A stretch of 64,000 nucleotides of DNA. It comes from a plasmid. Under the pieces are notes generated by a model that worked only from the letters and a program-made list of their open reading frames with translations, did no database searches and had not been told where the DNA came from. This document shows positions 9,816-21,570 of the stretch, piece by piece (positions within the stretch are counted from its first letter, which is position 1; each line of letters starts with the position of its first letter). The stretch lies in sequence record CP132210.1; one strand, given 5' to 3'. A program made the position numbers and the translations under genes.

Positions 9816-11131
9816 AAAATGGCGACCACTATTGGGTAAGTGCTTATGTAACGCCAATAGCTAAGAATGGTTCGATTGTTGAATACCAGTCTGTAAGGAC
9901 CAAGCCTGAACCTGAGCAGGTTTTGGCTGCGGAAAAATTATATGCTCAATTGAGAAGCGGGAAGGCCGCGAGGCCGAAATTGGCTGCTAGCTTTTCCGTG
10001 AAAATACTCTTGCTCATATGGGGTAGTATTATATCAAGCGCAATGGCTGCCGGCATGCTTACTGATACATCAATAAGCAGCTTATTGTTAGCCACTTTAA
10101 TGTCAGGAAGCTTAAGCTCTGTTAGTGTTTTGGCTATTCTCTCTCCTCTTGGAAGACTGGTTGAAAGAGCCAGGAATATTTCCAATAACCCATTAAGTCA
10201 ATCCCTCTACACTGGGCGCACCGATGAGTTTGGCCAAATAGAGTTTGCTTTACGAATGATGCAAGCTGAAACAGGCGCCATAGTAGGTCGCATAGGTGAT
10301 GCATCAAATCGGCTTAGCGAACACACCCGAGGCCTACTAAAGGATATTGAGTCAAGCAATGTACTTACAGTTGAGCAGCAGGCAGAGACAGATCAAATAG
10401 CAACGGCAGTAAACCAAATGGTGGCAAGCATTCAAGAGGTTGCGAGCAATGCACAGCATGCTGCAGATGCGGCCGGAAGAGCAGACACTGAGACGGCATC
10501 TGGCCAGCGTCTGGTAGCCCACACAAGCCAGTCAATCACTGCCCTTGAAGGTGAAATTAGGCAAGCCACTCAGGTTATTCATGAGCTTGAAGGTCAAAGT
10601 AACGAGATATCAAAAGTTCTTGACGTTATACGAGGGATCGCCGAGCAAACGAATTTGTTGGCACTCAACGCAGCAATTGAGGCCGCGCGTGCTGGTGAGC
10701 AGGGGCGTGGTTTTGCTGTTGTCGCCGATGAGGTTCGCAGTCTTGCTGCTCGCACACAGCAATCGACAACGGATATTCAAAGCATGATCAGCGCTCTACA
10801 AGAGCGAGCGCAATCCGCTGTTACAGTCATGGAGCAAAGTAGTCGGCAAGCGCACACGAGTGTAGCTCACGCAGAGGAAGCAGCTACAGCTCTTGATGGA
10901 ATTGGCCAACGCGTTAACGAAATTACCGACATGAACGCGCAAATAGCGACTGCGGTCGAGCAGCAGGGAGCAGTAAGTGAAGACATAAACCGCAGTATTA
11001 TCAATATACGCGATGCTGCTGATACCAATGTACAGACCGGGCAGAATAATTTGCAAAGTGCGAAATCTGTCGCTCAGTTAACTAGCGCTCTGAGCGAACT
11101 GGCAAAACAGTTTTGGGAAAAACGAGGATAA
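9816..11131 (+). pseudogene. mcp: 5'-truncated methyl-accepting chemotaxis protein gene (Tn1721 orfI-like), cut by IS26
   Basis: ORF with HAMP and MCP signalling domain: ...[38 protein letters not shown]... Its N-terminal residues are read from IS26. A Tn1721-type 38-bp IR follows it. Confidence 0.8.
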
Positions 11132-11281
11132 CGCTTTTCAGTATCTCGACAGGGATAACTTACTTTACCATCGGTTATCCCTTTTAGCCGCACAAATTTT
11201 AGCCATGGCTTTTCAGGAAGTCAGGGCTATCAGAATGGCCTTAGAAAGCCTAGTCAAAGAGCTGTCACGAGAACACCGTTA

Positions 11282-11319
11282 GCTTAGCGTACGATTTTTT
11301 CCGAATTCTGCGGTTCCCC
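11282..11319 (-). repeat. Tn1721/Tn501-type 38-bp terminal inverted repeat (outer GGGG at 11319)
   Basis: Reverse complement is GGGGGAACCGCAGAATTCGGAAAAAATCGTACGCTAAG, the Tn3-family IR with an EcoRI site. Confidence 0.8.
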
Positions 11320-11458
11320 CAAAGAGGCTGCACAGCGGCGATTCTTGCCCTAAAATAGCGTAAAAAACAGCGGCAAAGCGCGATAACAACACCGGGTGTC
11401 GCCAGGGCCGTAGCCTGGGTGGTGACGCCTGGTGTGAAAAAATGGTAAGGGGAGAGCG

Positions 11459-12220
11459 GTGATTCCAATAGAACGACATCAGCGTATTTTAGCCCTGGTG
11501 GAGCAGCGTGGGGCGGTAAGCATTAACGAGCTGACGGAGATCCTCGGCGTGTCCCATATGACCATCCGTCGGGACGTCAGTAAACTGGAGGAGCAGGGGC
11601 TGCTGGTCAGCGTCTCGGGCGGCGTACGCGCCGTCAGCCGGCTGGCCGCGGAACCCAGTCATCTGGTGAAAAGCACGCTGCAGAGTGAGGAGAAACAGGC
11701 GATCGGCGCGCTGGCGGCGAGTCATATCGCTAAAAACAGTTGCATCTATCTGGATGCCGGGACTACCACCCTGGCGCTGGCGCGGGCGATCCTCGACCGG
11801 AACGATCTCCAGGTGGTCACCAATGATTTTGAGATAACCCAGCTGCTGATCGATGCCAGCCAGTGCGGCGTGATCCACACCGGCGGCACTCTGTGCCGGG
11901 AGAACCGCTCCTGCGTGGGCGAATCGGCGGCGCGTACGTTACGCCACCTGGCTATCGATACGGCCTTTATCTCCGCCAGCGGCTGGGACAGTCGCGGGAT
12001 ATTCACCCCTGATGAGAACAAGGTTACCGTCAAGGAGACCGTCAGCCAGGTCAGCGCGAGAAGCATCCTGCTGTGCGACAGTTCGAAATACAATCAGGTG
12101 GCCACGTTTATGGCGTTACCTTTGACCCGGTTCACCACCATCATTACCGACCGGCATCTTTCCGATGCCGCCGCCAGTCATATCGCCCGGCACGCCTGCG
12201 AGGTGCTGCGGGCCGGATAA
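11459..12220 (+). CDS. DeoR-family transcriptional regulator, a Klebsiella chromosomal neighbour of blaSHV
   Basis: 253-aa ORF MIPIERHQRILALVEQRGAVSINELTEILGVSHMTIRRDVSKLEEQG..., with a DeoR HTH and sugar-binding domain. Confidence 0.85.
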   Translation: MIPIERHQRILALVEQRGAVSINELTEILGVSHMTIRRDVSKLEEQGLLVSVSGGVRAVSRLAAEPSHLVKSTLQSEEKQAIGALAASHIAKNSCIYLDAGTTTLALARAILDRNDLQVVTNDFEITQLLIDASQCGVIHTGGTLCRENRSCVGESAARTLRHLAIDTAFISASGWDSRGIFTPDENKVTVKETVSQVSARSILLCDSSKYNQVATFMALPLTRFTTIITDRHLSDAAASHIARHACEVLRAG

Positions 12221-12240
12221 CGCGCGCGGCCACCGCCGGG

Positions 12241-13101
12241 TTAGCGTTGCCAGTGCTCGATCAGCGCCGCGCCGATCCCGGCGATTTGCTGATTTCGCTC
12301 GGCCATGCTCGCCGGCGTATCCCGCAGATAAATCACCACAATGCGCTCTGCTTTGTTATTCGGGCCAAGCAGGGCGACAATCCCGCGCGCACCCCGCTTG
12401 CTAGCTCCGGTCTTATCGGCGATAAACCAGCCCGCCGGCAGCACGGAGCGGATCAACGGTCCGGCGACCCGATCGTCCACCATCCACTGCAGCAGCTGCC
12501 GTTGCGAACGGGCGCTCAGACGCTGGCTGGTCAGCAGCTTGCGCAGGGTCGCGGCCATGCTGGCCGGGGTAGTGGTGTCGCGGGCGTCGCCGGGAAGCGC
12601 CTCATTCAGTTCCGTTTCCCAGCGGTCAAGGCGGGTGACGTTGTCGCCGATCTGGCGCAAAAAGGCAGTCAATCCTGCGGGGCCGCCGACGGTGGCCAGC
12701 AGCAGATTGGCGGCGCTGTTATCGCTCATGGTAATGGCGGCGGCGCAGAGTTCGCCGACCGTCATGCCGTCGGCAAGGTGTTTTTCGCTGACCGGCGAGT
12801 AGTCCACCAGATCCTGCTGGCGATAGTGGATCTTTCGCTCCAGCTGTTCGTCACCGGCATCCACCCGCGCCAGCACTGCGCCGCAGAGCACTACTTTAAA
12901 GGTGCTCATCATGGGAAAGCGTTCATCGGCGCGCCAGGCGGTCAGCGTGCGGCCGCTGGCCAGATCCATTTCTATCATGCCTACGCGGCCCGACAGCTGG
13001 CTTTCGCTTTGTTTAATTTGCTCAAGCGGCTGCGGGCTGGCGTGTACCGCCAGCGGCAGGGTGGCTAACAGGGAGATAATACACAGGCGAATATAACGCA
13101 T
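12241..13101 (-). CDS. blaSHV-12: Class A extended-spectrum beta-lactamase SHV-12 (L35Q, G238S, E240K)
   Basis: [35 protein letters not shown]... shows Q35. ...[19 protein letters not shown] shows S238 and K240. The listed ORF extends upstream spuriously to 13179. Confidence 0.92.
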   Translation of the reverse strand: MRYIRLCIISLLATLPLAVHASPQPLEQIKQSESQLSGRVGMIEMDLASGRTLTAWRADERFPMMSTFKVVLCGAVLARVDAGDEQLERKIHYRQQDLVDYSPVSEKHLADGMTVGELCAAAITMSDNSAANLLLATVGGPAGLTAFLRQIGDNVTRLDRWETELNEALPGDARDTTTPASMAATLRKLLTSQRLSARSQRQLLQWMVDDRVAGPLIRSVLPAGWFIADKTGASKRGARGIVALLGPNNKAERIVVIYLRDTPASMAERNQQIAGIGAALIEHWQR

Positions 13102-13188
13102 AACCACAATACATCCTTGAGTGAAGGCCGATAAAGGCGAGTAAAGAAGCGACAAATAAGAATAACCCGGCGTTGGCACTGTTGCAAA
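13102..13188 (-). promoter_or_regulatory. IS26-derived hybrid promoter region for blaSHV
   Basis: The IS26 right end (13175..13188) lies 73 bp upstream of the blaSHV start codon. This is the arrangement known to supply a -35 box to blaSHV-2a/5/12. Confidence 0.55.
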
Positions 13189-13994
13189 TAGTCGGTGGTG
13201 ATAAACTTATCATCCCCTTTTGCTGATGGAGCTGCACATGAACCCATTCAAAGGCCGGCATTTTCAGCGTGACATCATTCTGTGGGCCGTACGCTGGTAC
13301 TGCAAATACGGCATCAGTTACCGTGAGCTGCAGGAGATGCTGGCTGAACGCGGAGTGAATGTCGATCACTCCACGATTTACCGCTGGGTTCAGCGTTATG
13401 CGCCTGAAATGGAAAAACGGCTGCGCTGGTACTGGCGTAACCCTTCCGATCTTTGCCCGTGGCACATGGATGAAACCTACGTGAAGGTCAATGGCCGCTG
13501 GGCGTATCTGTACCGGGCCGTCGACAGCCGGGGCCGCACTGTCGATTTTTATCTCTCCTCCCGTCGTAACAGCAAAGCTGCATACCGGTTTCTGGGTAAA
13601 ATCCTCAACAACGTGAAGAAGTGGCAGATCCCGCGATTCATCAACACGGATAAAGCGCCCGCCTATGGTCGCGCGCTTGCTCTGCTCAAACGCGAAGGCC
13701 GGTGCCCGTCTGACGTTGAACACCGACAGATTAAGTACCGGAACAACGTGATTGAATGCGATCATGGCAAACTGAAACGGATAATCGGCGCCACGCTGGG
13801 ATTTAAATCCATGAAGACGGCTTACGCCACCATCAAAGGTATTGAGGTGATGCGTGCACTACGCAAAGGCCAGGCCTCAGCATTTTATTATGGTGATCCC
13901 CTGGGCGAAATGCGCCTGGTAAGCAGAGTTTTTGAAATGTAAGGCCTTTGAATAAGACAAAAGGCTGCCTCATCGCTAACTTTGCAACAGTGCC
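13175..13994 (+). mobile_element. IS26 copy 2, transposase on the plus strand
   Basis: IRs at 13175..13188 and 13981..13994. Flanks ccggcgtt and cgtcttgc give no TSD. Confidence 0.97.
13238..13942 (+). CDS. tnpA: IS26 transposase
   Basis: Identical Tnp26 protein. Confidence 0.97.
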   Translation: MNPFKGRHFQRDIILWAVRWYCKYGISYRELQEMLAERGVNVDHSTIYRWVQRYAPEMEKRLRWYWRNPSDLCPWHMDETYVKVNGRWAYLYRAVDSRGRTVDFYLSSRRNSKAAYRFLGKILNNVKKWQIPRFINTDKAPAYGRALALLKREGRCPSDVEHRQIKYRNNVIECDHGKLKRIIGATLGFKSMKTAYATIKGIEVMRALRKGQASAFYYGDPLGEMRLVSRVFEM

Positions 13995-14516
13995 GTCTTG
14001 CTCACCTTGAGCCGTGTAGCGGCCTCTCGGACATTAAGCCCGTTGGCGATGTGCTCCCGCGCTCGCTGCAACTTGTCGGCGGTGACAACCGGCTTTCGCC
14101 CGCCCTTCCTCCCACGAGCGGCGGCGGCAGTCAACCCGGCCTTGGTGCGCTCGCGGATCAAGTCGCGCTCGAACTGGCCCAGCGCGCCGAACACGTGGAA
14201 GATGAGCCGCCCGCCTGGCGTGGTGGTGTCGATGGCTTCCGTCAGAGAACGGAAGCCGACGCCTCGCGCTTCCAGCGCGCCTATCGTTTCGATTAGGTGC
14301 GGCATAGAGCGCCCGAGCCGATCCAGCCGCCAGACGGCCAGCACGTCGCCGTCGCGCAGGTAGGCCAGCGCATCAGCCAAGCCGGGGCGGTCGGCCTTGG
14401 CCCCGGAAGCCGTGTCCTCGAAAACGCGCTCGCAGCCTGCCTTGCGTAGCGCATCCGTCTGCAAGGCGGTGTCCTGTTCCGCCGTCGATACCCGCGCATA
14501 GCCGATCAGTGCCATT
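13995..14516 (-). pseudogene. Serine resolvase (TniR/TnpR-like), 3'-truncated by IS26
   Basis: MALIGYARVSTAEQDTALQTDALRKAGCERVFEDTASGAKADRPGLADALAYLRDGDVLAVWRLDRLGRS... The C-terminal residues of the listed ORF are encoded by IS26. Confidence 0.8.
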
Positions 14517-14660
14517 TGCCGCCTCTCTTGTCCGTCATTCCGTCCGCCTATCTTAATGTCCGACAACCCGTTGTGCAATAACTTTGCTGGACAGTGTCCG
14601 GCATGGCCGACTAATGATCGTTTGACGGACATTGACGGTAAGGCATTTTTGCATTACTAT
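14517..14660. promoter_or_regulatory. Putative res site, an array of TGTCCG/CGGACA inverted-repeat subsites upstream of the resolvase gene
   Basis: tgtccgtcattccgtccg, taatgtccgacaa, ggacagtgtccgg and tttgacggacattgacgg in the interval between the resolvase start and the vapB-like gene. Confidence 0.5.
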
Positions 14661-14678
14661 GTGAAGCATCAACCTTGA

Positions 14679-14948
14679 TTGCGAGGGCAAACCACCATGA
14701 CCACATTGACCGTTACCGCACGGGGACAAGTGACGTTTCGGAAGGACGTACTGCAACACCTCGGCATCAGGCCAGGCGACAAGATCGAGCTGGACTTGTT
14801 GCCAGACGGTCGGGGCGTGCTCAAGGCGGCACGGCCCGCAGGGACGATAGCCAGCTTTGTCGGCCTGCTCGCGGGCAAGACGCAGAAGGTTGCCACCATC
14901 GAAGAAATCAACGAGGCGGCGGCGCAAGGCTGGGCAGGTAAGCAATGA
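14679..14948 (+). CDS. AbrB/MazE-fold antitoxin (VapB-like)
   Basis: MTTLTVTARGQVTFRKDVLQHLGIRPGDKIELDLLPDGRGVLKAA... (SpoVT/AbrB swapped-hairpin). Overlaps the PIN gene by 4 nt. The start may be 14697. Confidence 0.7.
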   Translation: MRGQTTMTTLTVTARGQVTFRKDVLQHLGIRPGDKIELDLLPDGRGVLKAARPAGTIASFVGLLAGKTQKVATIEEINEAAAQGWAGKQ

Positions 14949-15340
14949 AGGTCGCAGTCGATACCAACGTCCTTGTGCGTGCGGTTGTGCGTGACGATCC
15001 CGCACAAGCGGACGTTGCCGCCGCAGTCTTGACCGACGCCGAGTTGATCGCGGTCGCGCTGCCGTGCCTATGCGAATTTGTTTGGGTGCTGCTGCGTGTC
15101 TACGGCTTCCAGCAAGCCGACGCGGCCAGCGCGATCCGGGCACTACTGGCCGCCGCGAATGTGGAAGTGAACCGGCCTGCCGTGGAGGCTGGCTTGCTGG
15201 TGCTCGACGCGGGCGGAGACTTTGCCGATGGCGTCATTGCCTACGAAGGCAACTGGCTTGGCGGGGAAACCTTCGTTTCCTTCGATAAGAAGGCGGTGGC
15301 ACTTCTCACGGCGCAAGGGCAATCAACGCGCCTTTTGTGA
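14945..15340 (+). CDS. PIN-domain toxin (VapC-like)
   Basis: 131-aa ORF MKVAVDTNVLVRAVVRDDPAQ... with a PIN acidic-residue pattern and an antitoxin gene immediately upstream. Confidence 0.7.
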   Translation: MKVAVDTNVLVRAVVRDDPAQADVAAAVLTDAELIAVALPCLCEFVWVLLRVYGFQQADAASAIRALLAAANVEVNRPAVEAGLLVLDAGGDFADGVIAYEGNWLGGETFVSFDKKAVALLTAQGQSTRLL

Positions 15341-15888
15341 CGGACATGAGCATGAACGAATTCCGCCGACTGGCCGCGAAGATCGACCAACACATGCAGC
15401 AGCTTGCCGCCCAGGGTGTCAGCGAGGCCCATGCCATCATCAATCGCATGATGGGGTACGGGCCTGACCTGCACAGGATTTGGGTCGGCACATCCGATCA
15501 GCAGCTCATGGCGCTGTCCCGCGAGTTCCCAGGGTTCTACCGCTACGCCCGCATCATGGAAGAGGCATCCGAAGCCGAGCGCCGCAAGGCTTCGCGGCCC
15601 TATGACGGCATGGCCGAGTTCTCCGAACAGCACAAGCAAATGGGCGCGCAACTGCTGACCACGGCGGCCACGCTTGAGCGTGGCTACCAGGCGTTTCGTG
15701 CGAGCGGCAGTCTCCAAGACTTCCGGCCTCAGCTCGACGAGCTGGGCCGCCTGCATCGGCAATGGCTGTCCGACCTGGAAGCCTTCAAAGACTCGCTGCG
15801 CACGCAGGGCGCAGAACCCAAGGTGCTGGAATACGTGAACGAGGCTTTCGGCCGCCTGGCCGAGCGCATCAAGCAGCTTGCCGGTTGA
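15337..15888 (+). CDS. Hypothetical protein, 183 aa
   Basis: Intact ORF translationally coupled to vapC. No family recognised. Confidence 0.5.
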   Translation: MTDMSMNEFRRLAAKIDQHMQQLAAQGVSEAHAIINRMMGYGPDLHRIWVGTSDQQLMALSREFPGFYRYARIMEEASEAERRKASRPYDGMAEFSEQHKQMGAQLLTTAATLERGYQAFRASGSLQDFRPQLDELGRLHRQWLSDLEAFKDSLRTQGAEPKVLEYVNEAFGRLAERIKQLAG

Positions 15889-16037
15889 TCGCCGGAATTT
15901 TCGGCGGTTCCGGCTTTGTCGCGCCGTGCACAAGAGTTCTGAGCAATTCCGATCTCTCGCGGCGCTTCGTGCATAGAACTTCTGACCGTTCCCGGTCAGA
16001 AGTTCTATGCACACACGGCGGCCAGCCCAGTGAACTG

Positions 16038-16062
16038 GTGCAGTCGCCTTCTGAAAACGACA
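16038..16062 (-). repeat. Extra Tn402-family 25-bp IR-like sequence, inverted, 37 bp left of IRi of integron 2
   Basis: Reverse complement TGTCGTTTTCAGAAGGCGACTGCAC is 2 mismatches from both IRi and IRt. A 20-bp perfect hairpin at 15970..16013 precedes it. Confidence 0.6.
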
Positions 16063-16099
16063 GCGGCAGCCTGTCGCGTAACTTAGGACTTGTGCGACA

Positions 16100-16124
16100 T
16101 GTCGTTTTCAGAAGACGGCTGCAC
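16100..16124 (+). repeat. IRi of class 1 integron 2
   Basis: Exact TGTCGTTTTCAGAAGACGGCTGCAC. The following 1.35 kb is identical to 2471..3822. Confidence 0.95.
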
Positions 16125-16301
16125 TGAACGTCAGAAGCCGACTGCACTATAGCAGCGGAGGGGTTGGATCCATCAGGCAACGACGGGCTGCTGCCGGCCA
16201 TCAGCGGACGCAGGGAGGACTTTCCGCAACCGGCCGTTCGATGCGGCACCGATGGCCTTCGCGCAGGGGTAGTGAATCCGCCAGGATTGACTTGCGCTGC
16301 C

Positions 16302-18282
<1,981 letters not shown>

Positions 18283-18389
18283 CAGATGCGGCATAACAAA
18301 TCGTTGGAGCGGGACTTTTGCTACGCAGGCTGCGCCTACTCCGCAAAAGCCCCTCAACTCAGGCGTTAGGCATCACAAAGTACAGCATC

Positions 18390-18944
18390 GTGACCAACAG
18401 CAACGATTCCGTCACACTGCGCCTCATGACTGAGCATGACCTTGCGATGCTCTATGAGTGGCTAAATCGATCTCATATCGTCGAGTGGTGGGGCGGAGAA
18501 GAAGCACGCCCGACACTTGCTGACGTACAGGAACAGTACTTGCCAAGCGTTTTAGCGCAAGAGTCCGTCACTCCATACATTGCAATGCTGAATGGAGAGC
18601 CGATTGGGTATGCCCAGTCGTACGTTGCTCTTGGAAGCGGGGACGGATGGTGGGAAGAAGAAACCGATCCAGGAGTACGCGGAATAGACCAGTCACTGGC
18701 GAATGCATCACAACTGGGCAAAGGCTTGGGAACCAAGCTGGTTCGAGCACTGGTTGAGTTGCTGTTCAATGATCCCGAGGTCACCAAGATCCAAACGGAC
18801 CCGTCGCCGAGCAACTTGCGAGCGATCCGATGCTACGAGAAAGCGGGGTTTGAGAGGCAAGGTACCGTAACCACCCCAGATGGTCCAGCCGTGTACATGG
18901 TTCAAACACGCCAGGCATTCGAGCGAACACGCAGTGATGCCTAA
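18390..18944 (+). CDS. aac(6')-Ib: Aminoglycoside 6'-N-acetyltransferase AAC(6')-Ib, aacA4 cassette, Leu-to-Ser (QSLANAS) variant
   Basis: ...[40 protein letters not shown]...[21 protein letters not shown]... The cassette starts at GTTAGGC (18365). The start codon is ambiguous: TTG 18318, GTG 18390 or ATG 18426. W102 and D179 show it is not the -cr allele. Confidence 0.9.
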   Translation: MTNSNDSVTLRLMTEHDLAMLYEWLNRSHIVEWWGGEEARPTLADVQEQYLPSVLAQESVTPYIAMLNGEPIGYAQSYVALGSGDGWWEEETDPGVRGIDQSLANASQLGKGLGTKLVRALVELLFNDPEVTKIQTDPSPSNLRAIRCYEKAGFERQGTVTTPDGPAVYMVQTRQAFERTRSDA

Positions 18945-19014
18945 CCCTTCCATCGAGGGGGACGTCCAAGGGCTGGCGCCCTTGGCCGCCCCTCATGTCA
19001 AACGTTAGACCGCT

Positions 19015-19809
19015 ATGACAGTCGCCCTCGACGAAGTATCTGAACTAAAGAATTTGCTTTCACCCTTGTTGGATGAATGCACTTTTGAAGAAGTTGAGTA
19101 TGGTCAGTCAGATGCTCGAGTGATTCGAGTTCTATTTCCTGATCGCAATACCGCGTATCTAAAGTACGCCTCCGGATCTTCTGCTCAAGAAATTCTTCAA
19201 GAGCATCAGCGCACTAGATGGCTCAGAACACGAGCTCTCGTACCGGAAGTGATCTCATATGTCTCGACTTCAACTGTCACCATCCTGTTGACAAAAGCAT
19301 TGATTGGCCACAATGCCGCTGACGCCGCAGATGCAGATCCAGTTATTGTTGTTGCAGAGATGGCACGAGCGTTACGCGACCTCCATTCGATCTCGCCTGA
19401 CGATTGCCCATTCGACGAAAGGCTCCACCTGCGACTGAAGCTGGCTTCGGGCCGTTTGGAAGCCGGGTTAGTTGATGAGGAGGACTTTGATCACGCAAGG
19501 CAAGGCATGCTGGCGCGGGATGTTTACGAGCAACTTTTTATACAAATGCCTGGAGCGGAGCAGCTGGTAGTCACACATGGCGACGCCTGTCCCGAGAACT
19601 TCATCTTCCAAGGTAATGCCTTCGTCGGCTTCATAGACTGCGGTCGGGTCGGGCTTGCCGATAAGTATCAAGACCTGGCGCTTGCATCGAGAAACATTGA
19701 CGCGGTATTTGGACCAGAACTCACTAACCAGTTCTTCATCGAGTATGGAGAGCCAAATCCGAACATAGCTAAGATTGAGTACTACCGGATCTTGGATGAG
19801 TTCTTCTAA
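19015..19809 (+). CDS. aphA15: Aminoglycoside 3'-phosphotransferase APH(3')-XV as a gene cassette
   Basis: 264-aa ORF MTVALDEVSELKNLLSPLLDECTFEEVEYGQSDARVIRV...HGDACPENFIF...DCGRVGLADKYQDLA. APH(3') motifs are present, and it sits in a blaVIM-1-aacA4-aphA15-aadA1 array as in In70-type integrons. Confidence 0.85.
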   Translation: MTVALDEVSELKNLLSPLLDECTFEEVEYGQSDARVIRVLFPDRNTAYLKYASGSSAQEILQEHQRTRWLRTRALVPEVISYVSTSTVTILLTKALIGHNAADAADADPVIVVAEMARALRDLHSISPDDCPFDERLHLRLKLASGRLEAGLVDEEDFDHARQGMLARDVYEQLFIQMPGAEQLVVTHGDACPENFIFQGNAFVGFIDCGRVGLADKYQDLALASRNIDAVFGPELTNQFFIEYGEPNPNIAKIEYYRILDEFF

Positions 19810-19925
19810 GCGCGGTCTAACAATTCGTTCAAGCCGAGATCGCTTCGCGGCCGCGGAGTTGTTCTGTAAATTGTCACAACGCCGCGGCCGCAAAGCGCTC
19901 CGGCTTAACTCAGGCGTTAAACATC

Positions 19926-20717
19926 ATGAGGGAAGCGGTGATCGCCGAAGTATCGACTCAACTATCAGAGGTAGTTGGCGTCATCGAGCGCCATCTCGAA
20001 CCGACGTTGCTGGCCGTACATTTGTACGGCTCCGCAGTGGATGGCGGCCTGAAGCCACACAGTGATATTGATTTGCTGGTTACGGTGACCGTAAGGCTTG
20101 ATGAAACAACGCGGCGAGCTTTGATCAACGACCTTTTGGAAACTTCGGCTTCCCCTGGAGAGAGCGAGATTCTCCGCGCTGTAGAAGTCACCATTGTTGT
20201 GCACGACGACATCATTCCGTGGCGTTATCCAGCTAAGCGCGAACTGCAATTTGGAGAATGGCAGCGCAATGACATTCTTGCAGGTATCTTCGAGCCAGCC
20301 ACGATCGACATTGATCTGGCTATCTTGCTGACAAAAGCAAGAGAACATAGCGTTGCCTTGGTAGGTCCAGCGGCGGAGGAACTCTTTGATCCGGTTCCTG
20401 AACAGGATCTATTTGAGGCGCTAAATGAAACCTTAACGCTATGGAACTCGCCGCCCGACTGGGCTGGCGATGAGCGAAATGTAGTGCTTACGTTGTCCCG
20501 CATTTGGTACAGCGCAGTAACCGGCAGAATCGCGCCGAAGGATGTCGCTGCCGACTGGGCAATGGAGCGCCTGCCGGCCCAGTATCAGCCCGTCATACTT
20601 GAAGCTAGACAGGCTTATCTTGGACAAGAAGAAGATCGCTTGGCCTCGCGCGCAGATCAGTTGGAAGAATTTGTTCACTACGTGAAAGGCGAGATCACCA
20701 AGGTAGTCGGCAAATAA
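19926..20717 (+). CDS. aadA1: Aminoglycoside 3''-adenylyltransferase AadA1
   Basis: 263-aa ORF MREAVIAEVSTQLSEVVGVIERHLEPTLLAVHLYGSAVDGGLKPHSDIDLLVTV...EITKVVGK. Confidence 0.95.
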   Translation: MREAVIAEVSTQLSEVVGVIERHLEPTLLAVHLYGSAVDGGLKPHSDIDLLVTVTVRLDETTRRALINDLLETSASPGESEILRAVEVTIVVHDDIIPWRYPAKRELQFGEWQRNDILAGIFEPATIDIDLAILLTKAREHSVALVGPAAEELFDPVPEQDLFEALNETLTLWNSPPDWAGDERNVVLTLSRIWYSAVTGRIAPKDVAADWAMERLPAQYQPVILEARQAYLGQEEDRLASRADQLEEFVHYVKGEITKVVGK

Positions 20718-20769
20718 TACATGTTAGGCGACGCGTGGAGTCGCTCTAGAATTTTCGGGTACAAATTTT

Positions 20770-21402
20770 ATGACGAATTATTTTGAGAGTCCCTTCAAAG
20801 GGAAGCTTCTGACTGAGCAGGTGAAGAATCCGAACATCAAGGTAGGGCGGTATAGCTACTATTCCGGCTATTACCATGGGCACTCGTTTGATGATTGTGC
20901 TCGCTACCTTCTACCAGACCGTGATGACGTTGATCAGCTGATTATCGGCAGCTTCTGCTCCATCGGATCAGGCGCAGCTTTTATTATGGCTGGGAATCAA
21001 GGCCACCGATATGATTGGGTCTCTTCTTTCCCTTTCTTCTACATGAACGAGGAGCCCGCGTTTGCAAAATCAGTCGATGCATTCCAGCGGGCTGGCGACA
21101 CAGTTATAGGAAGTGATGTGTGGATCGGTTCGGAGGCCATGATCATGCCCGGGATCAAGATCGGGCATGGAGCGGTGATAGGTAGCCGCGCTTTGGTTGC
21201 CAAAGACGTGGAACCCTACACCATAGTGGGGGGAAACCCTGCAAAGTCGATTAGGAAGCGCTTTTCTGAAGAAGAAATTTCTATGCTTTTAGATATGGCT
21301 TGGTGGGATTGGCCGCTGGAACAAATCAAGGAAGCAATGCCTTTTCTTTGTTCGTCTGGCATTGCCAGCCTGTATCGTCGCTGGCAAGGCACAAGCGCCT
21401 AA
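20770..21402 (+). CDS. catB2: Chloramphenicol acetyltransferase CatB2 (hexapeptide xenobiotic acetyltransferase)
   Basis: 210-aa [57 protein letters not shown]... Confidence 0.9.
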   Translation: MTNYFESPFKGKLLTEQVKNPNIKVGRYSYYSGYYHGHSFDDCARYLLPDRDDVDQLIIGSFCSIGSGAAFIMAGNQGHRYDWVSSFPFFYMNEEPAFAKSVDAFQRAGDTVIGSDVWIGSEAMIMPGIKIGHGAVIGSRALVAKDVEPYTIVGGNPAKSIRKRFSEEEISMLLDMAWWDWPLEQIKEAMPFLCSSGIASLYRRWQGTSA

Positions 21403-21570
21403 CAATACGCTACACACGGACAAATTACTCGCTGCGCTCCTAATTTGCCGGTGAGCGTGGCGTTAGATGCACTAAGCACATAATTGCTCACAGCCAAACT
21501 ATCAGGTCAAGTCTGCTTTTATTATTTTTAAGCGTGCATAATAAGCCCTACACAAATTGGGAGATATATC

